Assembly: GCA_964187785.1 (NCBI GenBank)
Contig: OZ076409.1
Location: forward strand, 57,476,001-57,540,000
DNA length: 64,000 nt
Origin: Amphiscolops sp. MND2022
Lineage: Eukaryota
Reading direction: 5' to 3'
A program made the position numbers and the translations under genes. This document shows, one piece after another, positions 24,631 to 36,900 of this stretch (within the stretch, counting starts at the first letter, position 1; every line of letters begins with the position of its first letter). The notes under the pieces were generated by a model that did no database searches, was not told where the DNA came from, and was given only the letters and a program-made list of their open reading frames with translations.

Positions 24631-26644
24631 GAATAAAAGTCTACTCAATTTTTTCATCGACGGAAGCACGCAGGCAAGAACAATTAGTCAATATCCAAGT
24701 TGGGAGTTCAATTGCTCAAGACAAAAGTATGACTAGCAAAAATGACAACGTAACTAAAACGGAATGAAATTGATCGAGGGTGAAGGAAAAACTGAGATGA
24801 GTGAAAGGGAACAAATGATGCTAAATGTTACATGTTCCAGTGTCTACTGGAAATTAAAAATGCATTCAATGTGAAAAAATTGGCAGAACTCATTTATAAC
24901 AACTATATAACTCAGCAACAAAACGCTAAATCAAACGGAAACCTTACAGGAGACAAAAATTCACTTCGTAATAAATGCGTATAAAACATCAAACAACGAA
25001 TAGTTAAAAAGGCATATTGTCACCCTGTGTGCGACAGTTACGATGTTATGAGATTCAGCAATAGCACTGGATATGAAAATAATTTGCTTGGGAGAGAAAC
25101 GAGTATATTAATCAAAGTCACCGGTACGTTAAGTTGGGGATTCTCCGTTAAATTGGGAACCATAGTTATGGTGAAACATTCAAAATTGATTCAGGAGAAC
25201 AGTCGTATGTTACGTAAGTTGAACGCGATTCCATGATAAGTATTTCAGTATAAATCCAAAACATTAATATTATAAACACAGTTTCACAATTTTTCCTTAC
25301 AGTACAGCATTCGTCATATAAAATTCTAGTTCTGAAGATCTCTTAATGCACCGCATCGTTTCCTGAAGAAATTCCTTTCAAAACTAACTGAAAATAGCAT
25401 CTTGATGCTACACTCTTATAATTCGCTCCGCAACGTCTCTGTATGTATTTAGATTAGGTCTAGCTGAAGAGCGGTTTGACGGAGACGTTATGTTGAGCTT
25501 TAGAAAATCATTCCAATTCTCCAATTAGTGACGTCACAAGATCTTTCCGAATAATAACGTAATGCTAGCATAGCTGTCGCGATGACATCACAAAAATCAT
25601 ACCAATTAGTTCACAACAGTACATTTAACCGAAGCAATCGCGTTTAAAGTAATAACAACCGGAAGCTGGGCGTGAAACAATAGTCAGGGTTTTTCGTCAG
25701 TTTTTTCTCTTTTTTGATACACCTGTACTGTCCAAAATAGTTCTACCAAAAGTTGCTCAAATGTCCTTTTTGGCAATCTATGTATTATATTTGAGCTGTA
25801 AAAAGTGTTAAGGAGTCCCCTTCGACAATAACACAACCCATACCGAATTAAACGCGAACCAGATATAACGAATTCCGGATATAACGTTTCTTGGAGAAGT
25901 TTTCATTGATACAAAAGGGTCCCTTTCGATTTTTAGGATATTTTAAGACCTTAATCTTTTTCAACCTAACCGAACAGCTGTTTTATTCTCAATACTCTAT
26001 CATTCTTTGTTAGAGCTTTTTTTAGGCTCTGAGCGTTTTTTTCGAAATCTACATTTGGTCAAAGGGTACCCTCCTGCTTTCATAGCGGATTTCGGCGGCT
26101 GGAGGAAAATGAGTTTTTTGATCTGAAGGTTCGTTTTCCGGCACTATGACACCTTTCCGAAAAAAGTCGAATTTTTATTCAAGAAAATTTTTTGTTTCCA
26201 GTTGGGGGAAATGCGGTTTCCGAGTCTCATGCGTATCCTTTGGGGTATTTTTCGGGACTGAGAAAATGATTTAAAAATTTAAAACAGTGCCCTCTGCCGA
26301 TTCAAGAAACTTGAGCGGGGCACCGACTTGGGCCTGTCCCGGCTTGTTAATATAAAGACTGGCGCTTTTCGGAAAAAAGTGGAAGACTACTGCAGTGACT
26401 TGAAGATTTTTTACTGAGAGGTCCGATTTATGTAACTTTTGAAAAATTTACTGGATTATTTCCATGAAAAACTCGATGGCTTTTGGGTTACAGCACTGAC
26501 TTCTGGAGTGGAAGAAAGTGGGGTTCGAATCCCGTTGAAGTTTAATTTTAATTCTATTTTTCTAATTCAAATATGCACCTAGCATTGTCTGATATAAAAA
26601 CATATAATAAAAAAGAATTCGCGCATAGAACATTATAATGGGTA

Positions 26645-26711
26645 TAGAGCACATTTGCGATGTCTTTTGTATGTATTTATACATACAAAAAGACATCGCA
26701 AATGCGCTCTA
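26645..26711. repeat. 67-bp near-perfect palindrome
   Basis: TAGAGCACATTTGCGATGTCTTTTGTATGTAT-TT-ATACATACAAAAAGACATCGCAAATGCGCTCTA. Confidence 0.85.
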
Positions 26712-27108
26712 ATTTTGAAAAAGATTAAATTGAATTTTGACTGAATTGGACTTGACTGATGGCGTTTCCTGATTTAGCCAAAATAACAGCAAACTGATTA
26801 TATGGTTTATAACCATTACCTGAGAAAATTGGATAGACGTTCATCAACTCCAATTCAAATTCTCGAAATCATCGGAAGAGCCTAACTGGCTAATTGAGTG
26901 ATCCTTTTCTTACGAGACTGAAGGACAAACTGATTGCAATTTTTAGTTTTCTTCGGCATTATTTTTCTCAAAATTCTGCACTTGAAAAGAGTTCCTTTTC
27001 CAACGGTTTGAGATTCTGCAACCTCCTGAAAAATCAGTCTAAAGGTATATCTTCACGATTTGTTCAGCACTGTGAGACCCAAAGAGGTAAATAAAAAAGT
27101 TTGTAAAA

Positions 27109-27623
27109 AACCAGAGCCGCATATGCGGTAAAGGAGTCGGCTTAAGTCTTTTTCCTTCTGACTCGCTTTCGTTCGAATCGTATGAACAGTTTTTGAGAGA
27201 ATCGAAAAAAAAATCGAAAAATGACTGTTTTTTGGCCATTTTTGGGCTAATTTTGGCTATGTTTCTCACATCCCAGCCATACGATTTTGGTGCCATTGCA
27301 CATATAGGACTCTAATATGGTGTAGAATAACTGTAGAAAATTTCGTTCGAATCGTATGGACAGTTTTTGAGGAAATCGAAAAAAGTCCAAAAATGGCTGC
27401 TTTTTGGTCATTTTTGGGCTATTTTGACTGTTTCTCACATCCCAGTCATAAGATTTTGATGCCATTGTGCACGCAGGAGCACTTTGGGTGTAGAATGACT
27501 GTGCAAAATTTCGTGAAAATCGTATGGACAGTTTTTGAGAAATTTGAAATTTTCATGAAAAGGTCGGCAGAAAAAAAAACAGCACGATTGCATAAGTAGT
27601 CGAAAATTTCTTCGGACTCCTAA
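27109..27623 (-). mobile_element. Helentron-like family D with ~170-bp internal tandem repeats
   Basis: Hairpin CCGCA-TA-TGCGG (27117-27128) beside AGGAGTC, inverse GACTCCT at 27615-27621 with local fold-back AGTCGAA...TTCGGACT. Repeat units start at 27168, 27342 and 27510. Confidence 0.55.
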
Positions 27624-28399
27624 CTAGAAAATAGGTTTGTAAATAAAAGATATTTTTGGTTCATTTGAAAGACTTTGCGCTTCTGAAGCTTTAACGGGAA
27701 GCCAATTTGGGCCGTTCTCAGTTTGTATCGATTTTGAAGGGAGCGAAGTAATGCAAGTAACATTGCTTATCATAAATGGTACAAACCAACAGGTGATAGA
27801 AAATGTAAATTTTTCTCAAAAAATCCGGAATTTCCAGACTCTACGTTTTACTCAAGGCTCAAAATTTTTTTTCAGAATTCAAAAGCTCAATGGCTTTTGC
27901 TCCCCCCAAAAATACAGAATTTCATTTAGGCTCCTAGCCGTTTTAAGTTACTTTTAGACTCGAATTTTTGACCTCAACTACAATTAAACTCATAACAAGT
28001 CTCCCGCTGAACAGCTGATTATATTTTAGCCAAACTTTTCTTCATTCAACTCAGTAAATATTCATATCATCAAAAAATGTGAAGATTATCCAAAAAAGTG
28101 AAACGTTTGGAAAACTTTTGGCACTCAGTCTGACAATTTTTGTGTCATAAAAACAGCTTCAGTTTTTGCTTCTTGCAGAAAATGCTAGGGAGGAAAAGAT
28201 ATGTCTTCAAGCAATATGTCGATACAAATGCACCATAAAATCCAAAAAAGGTTGAAAAATGTATGGAATGTTGATTCGTTCATCGTTGCAATAGCTGAAA
28301 ACTGTACAAAAACTGCCAATAAAATGTTAAAAATTGGAAATTACGAGCCTCGGGATTTTGATGAAAATATAGAAATTCATTCAATTTTTCTAAATCAGG

Positions 28400-29560
28400 A
28401 AGTTCATTAGGTTGCTGATGATTGTTTCTCTGACTCTTTAAATTCATTTATATTGCTGGTGTGGTGGAATTTACGCCAAGCTTTCTGAAGTTATCTTCTT
28501 TCTTAGCTTCACGAATCATGGAAGAAACTTTGTTTCCAAACGATTTTAATCATCATGATTACTTTTTGATGGCTTTTCAACCCAAGTCTGGAACAGTTTG
28601 TTACGTTTTGTGATTGCATTTTTGATTTTGTTAGTTATCCAATGATTGGATGACTCTTTAACCGAACAGAATCGCAGCGGTGAAAATTTATCTACACATT
28701 CTCTGACAGAGTTAACAATGAATTGCACATGATATTCAGCCGATGTTTTTTCGTCATTATGCTTCAATTGTTGATCTAATAAGAAAAAAATCAATGCGTT
28801 GTGTCCCTTCAGATTTTCTGTGTTCCTAGTCCTTGTCTGGTTCGAAGCTGTTTTTCTATCGAAGTAAAATTTCTTAGTAAAATGAAGCAAAACAGTAAAA
28901 TGATCACTAATGGTGGTCGGTAGAGTTTCAGTGCAAACTACATTTTGGGTTATCATGTGATCAATGCAACTCTTGAAAGTAGGCGTGACCCTTGTCGGTA
29001 ATTTATTTTGTATCTCAAAATCATACGCTTCCAAGAGAGCCACAAACTTTTTAAATCCAAATCATCTTTTAATGTATCATTTTTAAGTCACCAAAAAGCA
29101 AGGTTTCACCGAGCAAACCCTTCAAAAAATACAACAAAGTTCCTAGATAGCCCATGAATTTGTTGATTTTAACAGTCTCTGGTCGATATAATGAACATAT
29201 ACCGGACAATGTTTTGTTTTCTCTACTTATTTTGATGATTAATTATTCTATATCAGTTTTGAAGGAAACAACTTGAAAAGATAATCCATTTTTCACATAA
29301 AAATCTACACCACCGGATCGTCTCTCAGCATTTTGTCATGCTTTGAATTCAATTGGTTGAGAACCCACTATGTCCAAGTCAACTAGTGAGTGATCTGCCG
29401 TCATCCAGGTGTCAGTAAGTGCCAGTACTTCATGTTTTTTGTCCAAGATTTCTAGAAGGACACGAAGTTCATTTATATGATATTCGAGAGATTTTATATT
29501 GAGACCTAAAACAGTGAATGTTATCATATTGCATTTCCCTAAATTTTCAATATTGTGAAA
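28400..29560 (-). mobile_element. Decayed non-LTR retrotransposon (CR1/L2-like) AP endonuclease region
   Basis: LNIKSL...ALTDTW, RSGGVDFYVK, FGDL, PTRVT...SCIDH...ISDH and WITNKIKNAITKRNKL motifs, with frameshifts. Confidence 0.85.
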
Positions 29561-30973
29561 AGACGGATGTTCGGGTGCTTAAGCATTAGTTCTTCGTTGT
29601 TCCTTATTTTGGTTCTCCAAATTAAAAAAAAAACGAAATAACAAAATGAAAAACCATATCAAGTTGGTAATCAGTTGTTTTATACCGGATGATTGAGCGT
29701 TACACTCAATAAAATTTGGTATTAGTAAGGCGAAAAGAAATCAAAGCCAAAAAAAAGCTCCAAGCGCATAACTCCAGAAAAATACTGCAGTTCAAAAGTT
29801 GATTAAAAAAATTATTATAACTTTCATTTTTTCCTAATACTGAAAAGTGTCTTCTTCAACTATTTTCAAAAGCAATTCGAGATTTAAATATCGGGATAAG
29901 AAAGAAGTGCAACGCTCAGTTTATTTCAGATTCCATTGATTTATCATTCTTCGTTGGCGTTGCAGCAATTTCAAAACGTTTTTCATTTGGGTTCTCTGGA
30001 GTAGAAACAGGCACATCTTTTTCACGGGTGGATTTTTTTGCGTTTTGCTTTTTGTGTTTTTAAGATACTCCAGTTTTGAAATTTGTGTATTATCGACCAA
30101 AAATCCATAAGTTTGACTACACTTGCTCGATATGTTTTGATTCAAGAAGTGTGAGACCATTGAAAAAGACAAAACGTTTCCGTTCCGGACAAAAATTTGA
30201 AAAATTCTGCTTACAAGCACTAAGCGCACTGATTCAGACAAAATGTTTGATTTACCATTATCATTTTTTTGCTAATGGCAGTTAAACTCACATGCTAATT
30301 CTCAAGAATTAGAAGATGGAAATCTTCTGTACTCTATTATTAAATTCAGTAAGAGAAATTCATACGAGCAATTGGAAAGCAAAGCTCTAAAATGATTTTT
30401 TAAATAGTTTCATCTATCATAGAATTTGACATATGATCTTTAAGCTATTCAGATCTAAAGCAAGCTAAAGCATTTTCATTTTATGACAGTCAAGAATACG
30501 ATGTTGTTTTTTTTTTACAAAAGTCAAATCTCTCATTTAAAAAATGTCAGAAATGAAAACTAGAGTCCTAGAGTGACAAACAGTGATACTTCATGTGCTC
30601 TAGACAAGCGTTTGAGATCAAAAAGAGCTGTGAAACTATAATTTCTTTTTGTTACCTTATCTCGAGACGTCTTACCATGGTTCAAAGATGCACACGAGCT
30701 ATAATTTTATTGCTCACATGAAAGTATCATTTTAACAGATGGCGTGACTAGAAAAGTTTTCATGTGCAACCAAATCTTGACGACCACGGTTTTTAATTTC
30801 TACCAAGATGAGTTTTCAGATAGTAATGATTAAAAGTAAAGTGGTTTGGAGTCAATATCGCACGCTTTCATTTTTTGCTTCAACATTTTGTAGATTGAAG
30901 TCCAATTTTTGGCCGTGTGTGGTTTTTGAAAGGTTTGATTATAATTACAACTAGAGCAAGACCGCATAGAGCG

Positions 30974-33900
30974 ATGGCTGACAAAGACCATTCTTACGAC
31001 TCCGAATTCACCGAGGAAGAACGCGATATAATTGGTAAGTTTTGGCACAATAATTCCATAAAAATGACATTGCATCTTTTTTCCCTTAAACCTGTAGTTA
31101 GCCTGGCGGTTTTGTGAAATTTGCACATTATGTACATATGGATAATAGCAAAAATGAATATACGAGCTCTACAATGCAAGGAATTTTAGTGAACCGTCAT
31201 AAAACTGCCGACGAAAAGAAGAAAAAGGATAAACTTTCTCCAGGTAAGCTATGAATTCTGTTGATATTTAAAAAAATGAATAGGCCACGGTTATTTCACA
31301 TCGCACACTCATTTTACCCTATCTGTATCTACATGACTTCACAGTCAATTATGCACTGAGATTCTTGAATTGTTTTCAACATGTTCTGACTTTCAATAAA
31401 AGCAATGTTTCGGATTCTTCGAAATGCAAGTTGTAGTTGAAAAACACATAAAAATGTAAGCATTTTTCTGATTCAACATTGAGAACGCAAGATCGCGCCC
31501 GCTTCCACCCAGTCTCTTTCATCAAAAGGATTCATAGTTCCATTCATCATCAAAAAGGTTTTAAAAAAGCTTACAGAAAGGAAAAATATAATTAAAAATG
31601 TTTGTCTTTATTATGGTTGCGGGCTCTGTTTAATCAGCGCGAGTACTCTGTTTGTGAACAAAAAGTACAGGACTATCAAAGTAACAATTTTTCTTCTTTC
31701 TCCTGGGCGTTTTTCAGCTCTGGGAGATTCGGCTGAATTTTTCTTTTAAAAAGTAGCTTTCTGAAAAAATTCATTGCGTCTTTTGAGCTTTAAGTTGTTA
31801 ATGAATGCTTTGAGAAGGCATGTCTTCGGAACGTATGACGATAAGTCTGATGAGTGTCACCAAATTGTCCAGTGTTTCCATATATCATTAAAAACGTTTT
31901 ATGAATTATTCTTTAAATAGAAATTACATTCTCTTTTTTAAGATGTACTTTTTGGTATGAAATTTGAGGAGACATAACTTGCAAAGCAATGAAAGATACA
32001 TTTGATCATTCCCTTCAATTTTTTTCAGAAAGCTAGTTTTAATCTTTCTTGAAGAAGAATTCTTAGAAAAAATTTCCCTGAAGATTACCTTTTTTTGTAA
32101 GTTCGCTCAAACATTGTTTGAATTAAACAGCATGAAAACTCAAAAGCACTGAACGTCGTTGAAAATGAGCTAGACAAAAGATTCTTGACACTTCATGTAG
32201 TTTACAATGATGTTTGTTTGAAATTTCTATCTCCAAACAACTTTTTTGAAATTTTGATTCTACATGTATTTATATTGTAATTGTGTTTGATTGAGGTCTC
32301 AACTGTTGACAATTTAAGTGCTTCGACTTGATGTAATATTTGCTTTTATTATGCCTAAAAGATGTCTATCATCCACTCACCACTCATCGCATAATTCAAA
32401 ATGTCTCTCGAACGAACTTTTCAGAGAAACAAACAAATTTTGGAGAATTTCTGTACCTAAAAGAATACATGTAGACAGAATCGATTCTCCGCAAAGGTAA
32501 AATTTTCACTCATTGTCAACATTAGGAAAGTGAAACTCTTTTCACCAACCAAAACAAAACAAAACAAAACTATCTAGTCGTTTCAAAAATGATTGAAAAA
32601 TGAACAAATTTTCAGTTTCAGACTATTTTGACACCAAATGTGGTGATCTGAAAGACAACTCCTCATATTTATAGAAATGAAAATGCAAATTCCAAACTTC
32701 ATTGTTATTGTCTACCGAAGCGTCAAACAAACTTTGAAAACTTCTGAAAAGTATATGAAATTTTAAACATTCGTTTTCACGAGGAAACGGCTATTCTAAG
32801 TCTTTTTTGAGCATTTTCCACTTAAAGTTTTTCTCATATTCCATTTTTTTTTGTTTTCACAGCACTGCAATACCTTTGGTACATCAGCGTTACAATATAT
32901 CGCAACTCCATTGCGTAACATGGAAAGTTCAAAGCAAAATATCTCGGAAACTGTTACATACAACAAGACGGAAACGTCTCAAGTCGATGCTCCATTTGAA
33001 GCTCGAAAAGCTCAGAGATTCAAAAAATGCTAAGGACTTTTTTAAATTTGAAACTCACAAAACTTTTTTTAATGGTGCCTTTCACGTCGTAAAACGCTTC
33101 AAACGTTCAGAAATAGCGTGATGGGGCAGACGGAAGCGTTTGTTTTTGAACCTCTGCCTCCTCCGAAGTAAAACCGTAATATAGTTTGGATAAACGTAAA
33201 AAAAAACAAAAATAGCGCGATGTTTTCGAGCCCCCGCATACCCCTCAGTGAAACACTACTTACTGTAAATAAAAAAACGTCACAAATTCGGATAGTGTTG
33301 AAGAAAACTATTGGTGAATATATATTGAGAAAATGTTGAGAAAATATTGGCACGAAAAATGAATTTTGAAACAGTCTCATAGTGCCGAAAAATCTAAAAA
33401 GGGGACACTTTGGGCTTTTTAACACCTAATTTGTTAAAAAAAGTCGAACAAAACGAAGGGGACCCCTTGGATACATGAAAAAATTTTCGGAAAAAGTTTC
33501 ACAGTGCCGAAAAAAATTGTAAGGGGGACCCTTTAGCCTCGTCCGGCTTTATATGCTACGTTAAAAAAAAGGAAAAATGAAAGGGGGACCTTTTGCACTT
33601 ACCTAAGTACGTTTCTGAGGCATTCGTTTAGTTGAACAAACTGAACAAAAATTTGTCGCATTCGAATCGAAGCTGTTCAGACGAAAAAGAAACAAGCCGA
33701 GAACGGCCAAAGTCGGCGCTATATCTAAGGCTCAAAATTGTAAAAGGGGGGACTCTTTGGGTTTTGTGAAACTCCAGCTGGTGGCAAAATACGAAAAAAA
33801 ATGAAGGGGGGACCCTTTAAGGACTTTTAAAAAATGCCCAAAAAAATTTTAAAATGTGATTTTTGAACAGTGTCGCAGTGCCGAAAAATGTAAAAGGGGG

Positions 33901-36900
33901 GACCCTTTGGAATTTACTGACATCCATTGTGTTTTAAAATATCGAAACAAATAAAGGGGGGACCTTTTGGTGCAATCCAAAAAGTTTCAAAAAAAGTCGC
34001 ATAGTGCCGAAAAAAAGTGAGGGGGGGGGAGGCTTAGGGGAGATCCTTAGTGTGTTGTCGAGGTTCTGTTTGTTTTGTTTTCTTTTTCGTTTTGGACGCG
34101 CTTCTTAGGTTCGCCAAGTTGTTGAAGAATTGATCTGAACAAAAAGAAAAGAAACGGAAAGAAAAGTGGACCTTTCGTGTCTAAAAAAAACTACCCACTG
34201 TAAGAGTCGGGCACATTTTCTACTAAAATGCGCCGACTAAAAACGAGTGTCAGTAGTCGTCGGGCTCTTTTATTCTAAAAGCGCTGAGTAAAAATGTCGG
34301 CTACAAAAAAGTTTGAGATGATTTTTCATTTGGTTTACAAAAAAATGCTTGTTTGAATTTTCCACAACCCGAATTGTAAGTTAAAAATAGTAAATTGCAA
34401 TTTAAATTCGAGTTTTTCGAATTTTCAGTGGCTTGGAATCATTTTTCGGTATTTTTGGTTCAAAGACTCCTTATATTGTTTTGAACCTACTGAATACTAT
34501 AAGACCCGGGTTGACCCTCCATGGATATCTTAATAAGATCTTGGCAAGATCTTGGAACAATCTTGGCTGAGATCGTGTCAAGATCTTGCCATAGTATTCA
34601 TTTTGTCATCATAAGATTTTGGTAAGATCTTATCAAGAGAGCCATGTTCTGGGCGTTTTTCAGCTCTGGGAGATTCTGTTGAATTTTTCTTTTAAAAAGT
34701 AGCTTTCTGAAAAAATTCATTGCGTCTTTTCAGCTTTAAGTTGTTAATGAATGCTTTGAAAAAGCATGTCTTCGGAACGTATGACGATAAGTCTGATGAG
34801 TGTTACCAAATTGTCCAGTGTTTCCATATATCATCAAAAACGTTTTATGAATTATTCTTTAAATAGAAATTACATTCTCCTTTTTAAGATGTACTTTTTG
34901 GTATGAAATTTGAGGAGACATAACTTGCAATGCAATGAAAGATACATTTGATCATTCCCTTCAATTTTTTTCAGAAAGCTAGTTTTAATCTTTCTTGAAG
35001 AAGAATTCTTAGAAAAAATATCCCTGAAGATTACCTTTTTTTGTAAGTTCGCTCAAACATTGTTTGAATTAAACAGCATGAAAACTCAAAAGCACTGAAC
35101 GTCGTTGAAAATGAGCTAGACAAAAGATTCTTGACACTTCATGTAGTTTACAATGATGTTTGTTTGAAATTTCTTTCTCCAAACAACTTTTTTGAAATTT
35201 TTATTCTACATGTATTTATATTGTAATTGTGTTTGATTGAGGTCTCAACTGTTGACAATTTAAGTGCTTCGACTTGATGTAATATTTGCTTTTATTATGC
35301 CTAAAAGATGTCTATCATCCACTCACCACTCATCGCATAATTCAAAATGTCTCTCGAACGAACTTTTCAGAGAAACAAACAAATTTTGGAGAATTTTTGT
35401 ACCTAAAAGAATACATGTAGACAGAATCGATTCTCCGCAAAGGTAAAATTTTCACTCATTGTCAACATTAGGAAAGTGAAACTCTTTTCACCAACCAAAA
35501 CAAAACAAAACAAAACTATCTAGTCGTTTCAAAAATGATTGAAAAATGAACAAATTTTCAGTTTCAGACTATTTTGACACCAAATGTGGTGATCTGAAAG
35601 ACAACTCCTCATATTTATAGAAATGAAAATGCAAATTCCAAACTTCATTGTTATTGTCTGCCGAAGCGTCAAAAAACTTTGAAAACTTCTGAAAAATATA
35701 TGAAATTTTAAACATTCGTTTTCATGAAGAAACGGCTATTCTAAATCTTTTTTGACCATTTTCCACTTAAAGTTTTTCTCATATTCCATTTTTTTTTTGT
35801 TTTCACAGCACTGCAATACCTTTGGTACATCAGCGTTACAATATATCGCAACTCCATTGCGTAACATGGAAAGTTCAAAGCAAAATATCTCGGAAACTGT
35901 TACATACAACAAGACGGAAACGTCTCAAGTCGCTGCTCCATTTGAAGGTCGAAAAGCTCAGAGATTCAAAAAATGCTAAGGACTTTTTTAAATTTGAAAC
36001 TCACAAAACTTTTTTTAATGGTGCCTTTCACGTCGTAAAACGCTTCAAACGTTCAGAAATAGCGTGATGGGGCAGAGGGAAGCGTTTGTTTTTGAACCTC
36101 TGCCTCCTCCGAAGTAAAACCGTAATATAGTTTGGATAAACGTAAAAAAAAACAAAAATAGCGCGATGTTTTCGAGCCCCCGCATACCCCTCAGTGAAAC
36201 ACTACTTACTGTAAATAGTAAAACGTCACAAATTCGGATAGAGTTGAAGAAAACTATTGGTGAATATATATTGAGAAAATGTTGAGAAAATATTGACACG
36301 AAAAATGAATTTTGAAACAGTCTCATAGTGCCGAAAAATCTAAAAAGGGGACACTTTGGGCTTTTTAACACCTAATTTGTTAAAAAAAGTCGAACAAAAC
36401 GAAGGGGACCCCTTGGATACATGAAAAAATTTTCGGAAAAAGTTTCACAGTGCCGAAAAAAATTGTAAGGGGGACCCTTTAGCCTCGTCCGGCTTTATAT
36501 GCTACGTTAAAAAAAGGAAAAATGAAAGGGGGACCTTTTGCACTTACCTAAGTACGTTTCTGAGGCATTCGTTTAGTTGAACAAACTGAACAAAAATTTG
36601 TCGCATTCGAATCGAAGCTGTTCAGACGAAAAAGAAACAAGCCGAGAACGGCCAAAGTCGGCGCTATATCTAAGGTTCAAAATTGTAAAAGGGGGGACTC
36701 TTTGGGTTTTGTGAAACTCCAGCTGGTGGCAAAATACGAAAAAAATTGAAGGGGGGACCCTTTAAGGACTTCAAAAAATTGCCCAAAAAAATTTTAAAAT
36801 GTGATTTTTGAACAGTGTCACAGTGCCGAAAAATGTAAAAGAGGGGACCCTTTGGAATTTTCTGACATCCATTGTGTTTTAAAATATCGAAACAAATAAA

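Noticed and set aside
29921..30285. PHD-finger ORF1 remnant upstream of the LINE endonuclease
   Set aside because: Only scattered Cys/His/Trp among stops; too decayed to support
32362..33121. Candidate exon pair (ending 32496; 32863-33121), duplicated at ~35308-36067
   Set aside because: They splice to each other in phase 2 but hit stops when joined to the phase-1 coiled-coil exons; no recognisable product
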